The notes under the pieces are model-generated. The model made no database searches, was not told where the DNA came from, and saw only the letters and a program-made list of their open reading frames with translations. A stretch of DNA of 64,000 nt from an uncultured Heliomicrobium sp. (lineage in GTDB: Bacteria > Acidobacteriota > Blastocatellia > RBC074): contig CAYYDG010000030.1 in the NCBI GenBank assembly GCA_964470555.1, forward strand, positions 12,954-76,953. Reading direction: 5' to 3'. Shown piece after piece: positions 9,664-17,916 of the stretch (its first letter is position 1; every line of letters starts with the position of its first letter). The translations under genes were made by a program, and so were the position numbers.

Positions 9664-11469
9664 GTGAAATACGCGAAAGTAAAACAGGGAAAGGTGCCGC
9701 CCGTTTGCTTGGCGCTGATGGTGTTTAGTTTCTGGTTGATGCCGTGCGTGACGCAGGCTTATGCCGGAGACTATGCCGTGCAAATCGCCGCTGTGCGGTC
9801 GCAGCAATGTGCTGATGAATTGCGATTGGGATTGCACGCCAGAGGGTTGGACGCTTATTGGGTCAGAATCGTGCTGCCGCAACACGGCGTGTTTTACCGT
9901 GTGCGGCTGGGAAAATTCCCATCTCTCGAAACGGCTTATTCCTATGCCGAAAGTTTGCTGGATTCGGGAATGTTGGAATCTTATGCCATCACGACCTATG
10001 AAAAACCGAACAGCGTTCCGTTCAAAGACACCGTTCAAGCTTCCATGGAAGTGCAGGAATACGTCCAGCAACGTCCGACATCCCGTGAAACCAATGAATT
10101 GTTAGCCGCCATCGGCGCTCGCCAATGGTGGTTGCCCGGCAGGCAAAGTTTGTTTGCCACCACGCCGAAATTGCCGCCCGCAAATGCAGGCATGACTTCG
10201 CGCGAAGTGCTGGTGTATGCGCTCAGCCGTCACGAATGGCGATTGAGTCTGGATATGAGCGTGCTGTTCGTTCGCGCGCCAGTGGTGGCTTCCAGCACGG
10301 ACATCATCGTCAATGCAACTCCACCACGCGCTGAAGCCGCCTCTTCGTCGAAAGCGATTGCTTCTCCGCCAATCAACGAAACTGCTGTCAACACCAACCA
10401 AGCAGTAACGGTTCCGGGAACGAAGGCTGAACTCATCAACGCCGCGCCTGCCGGCGTGAAGGCAACGTCGGAACGAACGTTTACGCCTGCGAATTCGCCA
10501 CTGACTCCGCCGCCGCCTCCGTCCGCTTCTCCGTCATCCATTGCGGCGTTTCCGAATGCGGCTCCGGCCACGAACAACGCCTTTGGCGATTCGCGTTCGG
10601 CCTTGCCTGGAACCACTCGTGGAACTGCGCCCAACGCGGCCAGACCGACCAGTTATGGCCGATTCAATCCGCCACGATTGCAAGCTTCGGCGGAAATGCG
10701 AAACGGCCAATTGGTGATGCGCATTCGCAATCTGGATGCAGACCGACCTTTTACCGGAACGGCCAAAGTGACCATCAGCGATGATCGCAAGAGCAACGAC
10801 CTGGCTCCGATGAAATTTGACGTGAACCCGGAAGACGAAATTCTGGTTCCGATCAATGAAACGGTCGCCGATGGAAACGACTGGATGCTGATGGTGTACG
10901 ACGAACGAGGCGCGTTGCGCATGATTCGCGGCCAGACGATTGGCGCAAAACCCGTGCCTGCCACGCAACAAGCGCAAACGAATTCGCAATCATCCGGTCA
11001 GTCTGAAATCAGCACGCCGTCTTATGTGACAGGGGTTTTTGACGCGACCAACGCCGCAGGACAAATACCTCCTGTCGGAAGCGTTCCGGGCGTCAATCAA
11101 TCCGGCTCAACCAATTTGAACGGCGTCGGATCAATCGAAGGTGGACAAAATAATCCACAGCCGGTGGCTGATCCGACGGCTCCTATGCAACTGACGATAA
11201 CCCCGCGTTTGATTGCCGTGACGACCGAAAACGTCACGCTGGAATTTGAAATCTCTTCGCCGCAACCGCTGCAATACATTTCGCTGAGTTTGTCGGCGGG
11301 CGAACACCGCGACACGCGACAGGCGTTGATGTCCACCACGCGCGGTCGAGTTCCATTCCTGATTCCCGCCACGCAAGCTCAAGGAGTGTTTTTGTATGAA
11401 GTCAAAGACGAATCCGGGCGTGTGCTGGCCGGTGGCACAGGCGATTTTCGGCAATTGGTGGGCAGATAA
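9664..11469 (+). CDS. Secreted SPOR-domain protein with long Pro/Ala/Ser-rich low-complexity linker and a C-terminal domain of unknown function
   Basis: GTG start, signal peptide, SPOR-like segment GDYAVQIAAVRSQ...YRVRLGKF, then PPPPPSASPS linker. Confidence 0.65.
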   Translation: MKYAKVKQGKVPPVCLALMVFSFWLMPCVTQAYAGDYAVQIAAVRSQQCADELRLGLHARGLDAYWVRIVLPQHGVFYRVRLGKFPSLETAYSYAESLLDSGMLESYAITTYEKPNSVPFKDTVQASMEVQEYVQQRPTSRETNELLAAIGARQWWLPGRQSLFATTPKLPPANAGMTSREVLVYALSRHEWRLSLDMSVLFVRAPVVASSTDIIVNATPPRAEAASSSKAIASPPINETAVNTNQAVTVPGTKAELINAAPAGVKATSERTFTPANSPLTPPPPPSASPSSIAAFPNAAPATNNAFGDSRSALPGTTRGTAPNAARPTSYGRFNPPRLQASAEMRNGQLVMRIRNLDADRPFTGTAKVTISDDRKSNDLAPMKFDVNPEDEILVPINETVADGNDWMLMVYDERGALRMIRGQTIGAKPVPATQQAQTNSQSSGQSEISTPSYVTGVFDATNAAGQIPPVGSVPGVNQSGSTNLNGVGSIEGGQNNPQPVADPTAPMQLTITPRLIAVTTENVTLEFEISSPQPLQYISLSLSAGEHRDTRQALMSTTRGRVPFLIPATQAQGVFLYEVKDESGRVLAGGTGDFRQLVGR

Positions 11470-11482
11470 ACCCCAGCCCAGA

Positions 11483-11532
11483 AAACAAATCGAGCCTTGT
11501 TGACCCCAATCAGCAAGGCTCGATTTGTTTTA
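11483..11532. terminator. Bidirectional terminator between convergent genes
   Basis: 17-bp perfect stem AAACAAATCGAGCCTTG/CAAGGCTCGATTTGTTT with T-runs on both strands. Confidence 0.7.
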
Positions 11533-11537
11533 TAGCT

Positions 11538-13856
11538 TTAGTTGAGTTTGTGTTCCATCGTCAGTCGCAGAATCCGATCATCCAATTGTTTTTGAAGTGA
11601 GCTTCGTTCGGCGAACAGCTTCTTTTCCTCCGCTCGCAATCGTTCAAGCTGGTCTTCGCCCTGCGCGATTTTGCCGACGTAACGTTGCACCAGTTGTTTT
11701 TCCTCTTCGCTTTTGCCCATCGCTTTCAGGTTTTCGCGCATGCGATCCTGATCGCGCGTGATGCCTGTGATTTCCAATTGTTTTTCCGACGCCTGGCGAT
11801 TCAGCGCCGAAATCTGCATTTTCAACTCGACCACACTTTCCAGCGCCTGCTTCATTTGGGAGGTGAGGTAATTCGCCTTGACGTAAATTTCAATGTCATT
11901 GGTCGTCACGCTCGAAATGGCGAAGGTCGTTGTTTCCGGCAACTCTTCGGTCACGCTCAATTGCGTCGAAGTGTTTGGCGGAACAGTGACTTTGAAGCGA
12001 TAAAAATGGTCGGTCGTTTCCGCCGGTTTGACGGTTTTGACCAATTGCCACTTGGAGTTTTTGTCATAGGCATGTTCGACGTAAACCGTTTTAGCTCGGT
12101 CGGTCAGATTGGTCAACGTGTAGGTCGTCGCCTTGGATTGTTTGTAATGCACGCGCATTTCGCCGTTGATGAATTGCGTCATTGTCGCGCGTTCGTTGGC
12201 TTCGTCTTGTTTGACGCTGACGCGGCAACCCAGATCAACGGCGTAAGTGATGAACCGTTTCTCGTTCGGTTTGATGCGCGCGGTCAGCGCTTCTCCGGCG
12301 TAAGTGTTGTTTTCGATGATCGTCACCGGGCCGCTTTCCAGCGTCAAGCCGGTGTTGTTGGTCAGATACAACGCGCTCATCGGATTGGTTTCGCGTGTCG
12401 CGCGGTTGTACAGCGAGACGGTTTCGCCTTCGATGGAATTTTGCAAAATCGGAATCAACGCCGAACTGTTGCGTTTGATCGTCACCGGATGCGCGATGCG
12501 ATATTCAAACAACTCGCCGATGTCCTGCGTTTCCACGTCGGCTTCGACGCCGGAATCTCTGTCTCGCATTGCGCTGCTGTAAGAGATGGTGGACGACTCT
12601 GTATCCACTCTTTCCGCCGAAGCATTGACGGTCACAGTTTCCGAAATCGTTCCGACTTCCATTGAAACATTGTTTTGTCTGAGAGCGCCGGAAGCCAGGA
12701 ATACGTTGTTGACCTCGACGCTTTTGAATCCGCTGCTGTTCACTCTGATCTTGTAACTGCCGGGAGCCAGTCCGCGCAGCTTGTATCTGCCCGCATAATC
12801 AGTGGTGGCGGTGATTACCGCGCCGCTATTTTGTTGGATGACTCGTACAGTTGCATTGGGAATGGCCGAGCCGCTTGCATCCCTGACCATTCCTTCCAGA
12901 GTTCCTCCGCCCGCGACCAAAGCCAGTCTGCCATTGATCGGCGCTTCGGCGACTTGCGGCGCAATGGAAAGATCGTCTGGAATTTCCACGACCGGGCGTT
13001 GTTTGTAACGCGGTTGCTGCAAATCCTGAATGAACGACACCGGAGCGCCAGCCACCAATGACAAAGTGACGTTTGTCCAATCTTCATCCTGCACGTTGTC
13101 CACCAAAGCCCAACCTTGCAAAAACGGTTTGGCTTTGGCGTCCAGCACTATGCGATAGGTCGTTTTCCAGACCGGCGCTTCGACCACGTAACTGACAAAC
13201 AAATCGCGTTCGCCTTGTCCCGCGGCTGTTATCGTCAGCTTGCGCAGATTTTTGTGAATGGTGGATTGCAGTATGGAAAGGTATTGCTCCAAATCTTCGC
13301 GGACTTTTTGGTCGAGCAACTTGATGCCGCGAATCTGATCCAGCGCAATGCTGCGAAGTTCGCCGCCTTCGCTGACCAACACCAGTTCCTGCACGTCGGA
13401 TCGTTCCATCGCCTGATACCGCAGACGTTTTTCGATGCCAACCACAGTTCCGATCATAGGCGTTGCGCCGGTTCGCACTTCTACGCGAGCGCCTTTCAAC
13501 TGCCCCAACAGCGAAGTCAGGCCGACGGCGTTACTGGCATCCAATCGTATGCCGAATTCTTCAATGCGTTTATCGAATGGTTTGGTTGAATCGAAGGTGA
13601 CCGAAGAAATCTTGCCCTTATTCAGATCAAGCACGACCAGCGATTTCAGCACGTCGTTCATTTGCGAAGCGTCGAAGAGAAATGTGACTTGTTGATCGCC
13701 ATTGACCTTGCCTTGCCGCTCGAAATACCCGACGCCGTGTTTGTAAAGCGTCACTCGTTTGAGCGACGGCGGATTGTTTTCAGTTTGCGCCAGCGCGGCT
13801 GCGGTTGCTGATGCGAGAAGGCACACTACGAAAAAGAACCGGAAGCGTTTGTTCAT
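11538..13856 (-). CDS. Secreted protein, DUF4139/DUF4140-like, with an inserted carboxypeptidase-regulatory-like beta-sandwich domain and C-terminal coiled coil
   Basis: Start trimmed to [14 protein letters not shown] (GGAGG RBS); N-terminal [17 protein letters not shown]... and mid-protein [20 protein letters not shown]...; coiled-coil tail. Confidence 0.6.
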   Translation of the reverse strand: MNKRFRFFFVVCLLASATAAALAQTENNPPSLKRVTLYKHGVGYFERQGKVNGDQQVTFLFDASQMNDVLKSLVVLDLNKGKISSVTFDSTKPFDKRIEEFGIRLDASNAVGLTSLLGQLKGARVEVRTGATPMIGTVVGIEKRLRYQAMERSDVQELVLVSEGGELRSIALDQIRGIKLLDQKVREDLEQYLSILQSTIHKNLRKLTITAAGQGERDLFVSYVVEAPVWKTTYRIVLDAKAKPFLQGWALVDNVQDEDWTNVTLSLVAGAPVSFIQDLQQPRYKQRPVVEIPDDLSIAPQVAEAPINGRLALVAGGGTLEGMVRDASGSAIPNATVRVIQQNSGAVITATTDYAGRYKLRGLAPGSYKIRVNSSGFKSVEVNNVFLASGALRQNNVSMEVGTISETVTVNASAERVDTESSTISYSSAMRDRDSGVEADVETQDIGELFEYRIAHPVTIKRNSSALIPILQNSIEGETVSLYNRATRETNPMSALYLTNNTGLTLESGPVTIIENNTYAGEALTARIKPNEKRFITYAVDLGCRVSVKQDEANERATMTQFINGEMRVHYKQSKATTYTLTNLTDRAKTVYVEHAYDKNSKWQLVKTVKPAETTDHFYRFKVTVPPNTSTQLSVTEELPETTTFAISSVTTNDIEIYVKANYLTSQMKQALESVVELKMQISALNRQASEKQLEITGITRDQDRMRENLKAMGKSEEEKQLVQRYVGKIAQGEDQLERLRAEEKKLFAERSSLQKQLDDRILRLTMEHKLN

Positions 13857-14015
13857 AAATCCTCCTGAACCGATTGGGTTGAGTTGTAATTTTGATCTGG
13901 CCTGCAAGGGCAAAAATGAATTTGAAGTCTGCTCATCCTCAGCGATGGCTGAACGCTTTCGGATGAGCAGACTTGCATTGGGGGAGAGGGGGAACAGACG
14001 CAAAACAAAAAAGAA

Positions 14016-14513
14016 TCATTCCGCAAACAACAGAACCACCAACCAGACGCCCAGCATCCATACGACCAGCAGGCAATTGATTGCCAATCCGATGGCGCTG
14101 GCTGCGGTTCCGACGCGCGCGCGGCTGTATGTCAGCGGCCAATCTTCCTGGCTGCGTTTTTCTTCGTCCAGCGTGGCCAGCGTTTCCTGGCCTCGACAGA
14201 ACACGGCAAAGGAAAAAATCAGCGGGCTGAGGTTGGGGAAAAACAGCGAAGCCGCGATCAACGCGACAACGCCCAACGCGCGAAGATAATTTTCGTGATC
14301 GTGCCACATCATAAACATGCCGATGCCAATGCTGACCGCAAGGTTCAATGGCAAGATGTTCAGCAACGGCAGCACGGAAAAGATCAGCGCAGCCAATCCG
14401 CAAATTCGCACAAAGCGCGCATTGTGCATCGCTTCCAGATAATTGGGGGAAAGATCGAAGACCCGAGTCGGGTTCAAATCTATGTGGGGATAAATTCCGG
14501 ATGTGCTGGTCAT
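14016..14513 (-). CDS. Hypothetical membrane protein with four predicted TM segments
   Basis: 165-aa ORF with hydrophobic helices; no recognisable domain. Confidence 0.5.
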   Translation of the reverse strand: MTSTSGIYPHIDLNPTRVFDLSPNYLEAMHNARFVRICGLAALIFSVLPLLNILPLNLAVSIGIGMFMMWHDHENYLRALGVVALIAASLFFPNLSPLIFSFAVFCRGQETLATLDEEKRSQEDWPLTYSRARVGTAASAIGLAINCLLVVWMLGVWLVVLLFAE

Positions 14514-14594
14514 GGCTTCTCCTTTTGGAGCGCAGGCGTTCCGCCCGCACTGAAAGTAACCTATTGTCTGCTGAAAAACGTTTCGTCACCCGGA

Positions 14595-14628
14595 GAAGCG
14601 AGAAATGCGGAAGATCGGTATCAGTTGA
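14595..14628. promoter_or_regulatory. Copy A of a 34-nt conserved intergenic motif AAGCGAGAA-n4-GG(A/G)A(G/A)(A/T)TCGGTATCAGTTGAT
   Basis: About 27 of 34 positions identical to the copy at 21100-21133; both lie upstream of minus-strand genes in the WD40 cluster. Confidence 0.4.
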
Positions 14629-14876
14629 TCTCAAACTATTTGAGTCCAGTGCAAATTACAGTTTTCGAGAATTAAGCGGATGGGCGCAGCTTGGGAGCGC
14701 TACGACTTGTCGTAGCTTTGCGTTCTTCAGTGGGAGCAGGCCAGATCGGCAAGGTTTTGATCAAGAACGAAAAGCGGCGACAAGTCGCGCGCACTCCAGA
14801 AACACCGCCGCAATTTCGCTCGGAAAATGTGCGATAAGCGGTTTTCTGAAAAACTGCGGCGGTGTTGTATGGATCG

Positions 14877-17051
14877 TTAGTTGATCTGCATAGCTTTTTG
14901 TACCAGGTCAGGCCGGTTGAATTCTTTGGCGTAAGCTTCGGCAGGCAGCAGTTTGTCGCCGACGCGCCAGCGGATGAAACGCGCCGCGCCGGGCGAGCTT
15001 GAGTAATAACCCGCTGGCGTGAAGGCGATCCATTCGGCGGCGGCTTGCCCGGCTTTTTCCGCGGGAAGAATCATCAGCGTGACCAGCAAACGTCCGCTTG
15101 CGGCGTCCCACAGCCTGACGGTTCGGTCGTAACCGCCGGTGGCCAGAATCCTGCCGTCAGGCGAGAACGTCAACGAAGCAACCTGATTTGCGTGACGGAG
15201 CTTTGCAAATTTCAGCTTTCCGGTTTCGGCGTCGAGCATCTTGATCGCGCCGGAGTCGGTTCCGGTTGCAATCGTCTTTCCATCAGGCGAAAACGCGACT
15301 GAGTTGACGCTTTCAACAGCTTCTTCTTGTGATTCGAAGAGGCTGAAACTGCGCAACACTTTTCCTGTCGCCACGCTGAACACAAACACACTATTGCAGG
15401 CGTCTCCGATGACCAGCCTCTTGCCATCTACAGAAAAAGCTCCTGCGGTCGCTCCATCCGGAAAAGGTTCCGCCTTGATCCCATCCATAGAAAGCTCAAG
15501 TGTTTTGATGATCTTGCCCGAAGACAGATCGCGCAGGTTGAGCGAGTGAGAACCTCCGAAAATCATCTTTCTGTCCGCGCTGATGGCGAGAAGCCGCTTG
15601 CCTTCGCTGCCTTTGGAAACAAAAACTCCGTTTGCGTCAAACGCGATCAATCTCTCGGAATTTTTCACCTCAGTCAGCGTGCGTTTCAGCTTTGCGGTTG
15701 CGACATTCCACAGCTTCACCGAATCATCCTGGCTGGAACTGGCGATGGTCTTTCCGTCGGGCGCGAAATCCAGCGTGGTCACCTCGGCTTTATGACCGCT
15801 CAAACTGCCTGCCAATTCCAAAGTCTCTGTGCTCCAGAGCCGCACTGCGCTGCCACTGCCGTGCGCGATGAGCTTACCATCAGGCGAAAACCTGACCGAG
15901 TTGATGATGGCGCCCTTATCGAGAGCATCGCCCCATATATCAAACAAGCTTCTGTCGCCTTCAGCGTTGATTTTGACGGGAGCGCCCTGACCTGTCAGTT
16001 TGCGAATCAACTTGCCTGTAGCGACTTCGCGCAAAGCGATAGCGGTCCCGGAGTCCGCAACCGCCGCGATTTTGAAATCCGGCGAGAGAGCATTGAACGT
16101 CAATCTCACGTTGACAGATCGAATCAACTTTCCGGTCGCCACATTCCACAATTTCAGATTGCCGCCTTCGGTGAGCGCTTTGATGGTTTTGCCGTCACGC
16201 AGGAATTCAAGATCGTATGCGCTCTCGCTGCCGGCAAGCGTTTGTTTGTATTGGCCTGTTTGCGTGTCCCAAATCTGAATCGAACGATTGCGGTTTAAAG
16301 TTACTGCCAGGGCTTGGCCGTTCGGCGAGAAAGTCTTCGTGTCCACGGATTCGACAAATCCTTCAAGCGGTTGAGTTCGCTTTAAATCAAACGTCTTTCC
16401 ATCCAGCCACTGAATGCTTGCCGCGCCGGATGGCGAGAACGCGAGGCAGATGACCTCGCCATTCTTCAAAAACTCCGCCGGCGCGGGGATGACTTTTTGC
16501 AAACTGCGCTTTTTGCCGGACTGCATTTCCCAAATATCAGTGTCATAGTCTTTGTGTATAAGCGCTCGTTGACTGTCTGGTGAAAAAGTCAAAATGCTGC
16601 GCTCTCCCGGAAAATATCCATGAAAATTGGCGCCTTTGATTCGCCAGGTTCGCATATCCCAAAACGTGATTGCCTCAACATACCCATCACCTGTTCCGCA
16701 GCTAACCCCTATCCCGCTGATAGCCGCCAACATCTTACCGTCACGAGAAAGGTAAAGGTTTGACACCGCGCCAGGATGACCTTCCAGCCTGCGTTTGATC
16801 TCGCCGGTCTGCGCCTCCCACAGGATGACCGTGCGATCATTGCCAGCGCTCAAGATAGTTTTGCCGTCAGGCGAAAAGGCGATTGAATGGATCGCGCCCA
16901 GATGACCGGTTTGCAGCACGAGTGCCAGCGCGGGCTGCGGCTTCTCGGCCTGCCGCTCGGCTTGCGATTGTCCGGCGGCTTGAGGCAGCCAGACTAGCGG
17001 AATTGTAAACGCCACGATCAGCGGGATGGTTTTTCTGATTACTGACAGCAT
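14877..17051 (-). CDS. Secreted WD40 (beta-propeller) repeat protein with a conserved C-terminal ~50-aa domain
   Basis: Signal peptide, many WD40-like repeats, C-terminus WIAFTPAGYY...ARFIRWRVGDKLLPAEAYAKEFNRPDLV. Confidence 0.8.
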   Translation of the reverse strand: MLSVIRKTIPLIVAFTIPLVWLPQAAGQSQAERQAEKPQPALALVLQTGHLGAIHSIAFSPDGKTILSAGNDRTVILWEAQTGEIKRRLEGHPGAVSNLYLSRDGKMLAAISGIGVSCGTGDGYVEAITFWDMRTWRIKGANFHGYFPGERSILTFSPDSQRALIHKDYDTDIWEMQSGKKRSLQKVIPAPAEFLKNGEVICLAFSPSGAASIQWLDGKTFDLKRTQPLEGFVESVDTKTFSPNGQALAVTLNRNRSIQIWDTQTGQYKQTLAGSESAYDLEFLRDGKTIKALTEGGNLKLWNVATGKLIRSVNVRLTFNALSPDFKIAAVADSGTAIALREVATGKLIRKLTGQGAPVKINAEGDRSLFDIWGDALDKGAIINSVRFSPDGKLIAHGSGSAVRLWSTETLELAGSLSGHKAEVTTLDFAPDGKTIASSSQDDSVKLWNVATAKLKRTLTEVKNSERLIAFDANGVFVSKGSEGKRLLAISADRKMIFGGSHSLNLRDLSSGKIIKTLELSMDGIKAEPFPDGATAGAFSVDGKRLVIGDACNSVFVFSVATGKVLRSFSLFESQEEAVESVNSVAFSPDGKTIATGTDSGAIKMLDAETGKLKFAKLRHANQVASLTFSPDGRILATGGYDRTVRLWDAASGRLLVTLMILPAEKAGQAAAEWIAFTPAGYYSSSPGAARFIRWRVGDKLLPAEAYAKEFNRPDLVQKAMQIN
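14895..14990. repeat. About 95-bp near-identical (~90%) segment shared with 17943-18035, covering the 3' ends of the two WD40 genes
   Basis: Direct nucleotide comparison of the two gene ends. Confidence 0.8.
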
Positions 17052-17245
17052 TGGTTTTCCTTCTCACAGCCGGTTTCCGCTCGCGCCGAGCCAGGCCGCC
17101 GCGAGTCTGTGTTTCATTGCAGCTATGAGGATAATGATTTTCGGCTCGCGGCGTTACGTGTCCCGCGCCGCCATCGCATCCGCGCGGCCACGAATGGCCG
17201 CGCAGTTTCCCACAGTCAGGGCCGTGGTTGTGGATTTTGGCGCAA

Positions 17246-17830
17246 TCAATTCGCCGGGACTGGCTTGAGGTCCATAAACTTCAAAGTCACGACAATGCGG
17301 CTTCTTCCGTTTGTCTTGAAATGGACGCCGTGATTGTTGTCAGCCACGCTGGCCAGCCTTGTATTCGGCGATTCGTCTTGCCACACCTGTTTCGGTTCAT
17401 AGACCTTGTTCAATATGCCCGATTCCGTTCCTTCGATGATTACCTGAACCTGGCACGTTTTGAGATTGCTCTTGCACTTGTTAACTCCCGCCGCCAATTC
17501 GTGAGTCGTACCAGGGCTTTTTCTTTTGGAGGGGATCAGCGTCACGACGTATTCTCCAGCAGGCACGACGCCAAAATCCGCTCGGCCTTTTTCATCTATT
17601 TTCATCAATTGAAGTGAACCAACGGGTTTCTTTTTCATGCCTACATCAGGGGAGGAAAGACTTTCAGCGAGCATCTCAATCTCTCCCTGCGCGGATTTTT
17701 GCTGGTCAACAGCCGCGTCCAAAGATGGTTTTGCCGATGAGTCGGCAAATGAATTGGCCTGGGCATTGACATCGTTCGACGCTTGTACGAATAAAACAAG
17801 CAGGGCGATTAACAACAGATTGATTTTCAT
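17246..17830 (-). CDS. Hypothetical secreted protein
   Basis: Signal peptide MKINLLLIALLVLFVQA, AGGAGG RBS. Confidence 0.55.
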   Translation of the reverse strand: MKINLLLIALLVLFVQASNDVNAQANSFADSSAKPSLDAAVDQQKSAQGEIEMLAESLSSPDVGMKKKPVGSLQLMKIDEKGRADFGVVPAGEYVVTLIPSKRKSPGTTHELAAGVNKCKSNLKTCQVQVIIEGTESGILNKVYEPKQVWQDESPNTRLASVADNNHGVHFKTNGRSRIVVTLKFMDLKPVPAN

Positions 17831-17916
17831 AAAGTCCTCCTATCAAGCGCGGTCAGGCGCTCGGTTAAATGAAGTTTGCGCAATTGATCGTCATAAGGAA
17901 TCGCTTCTCCGCCTCG

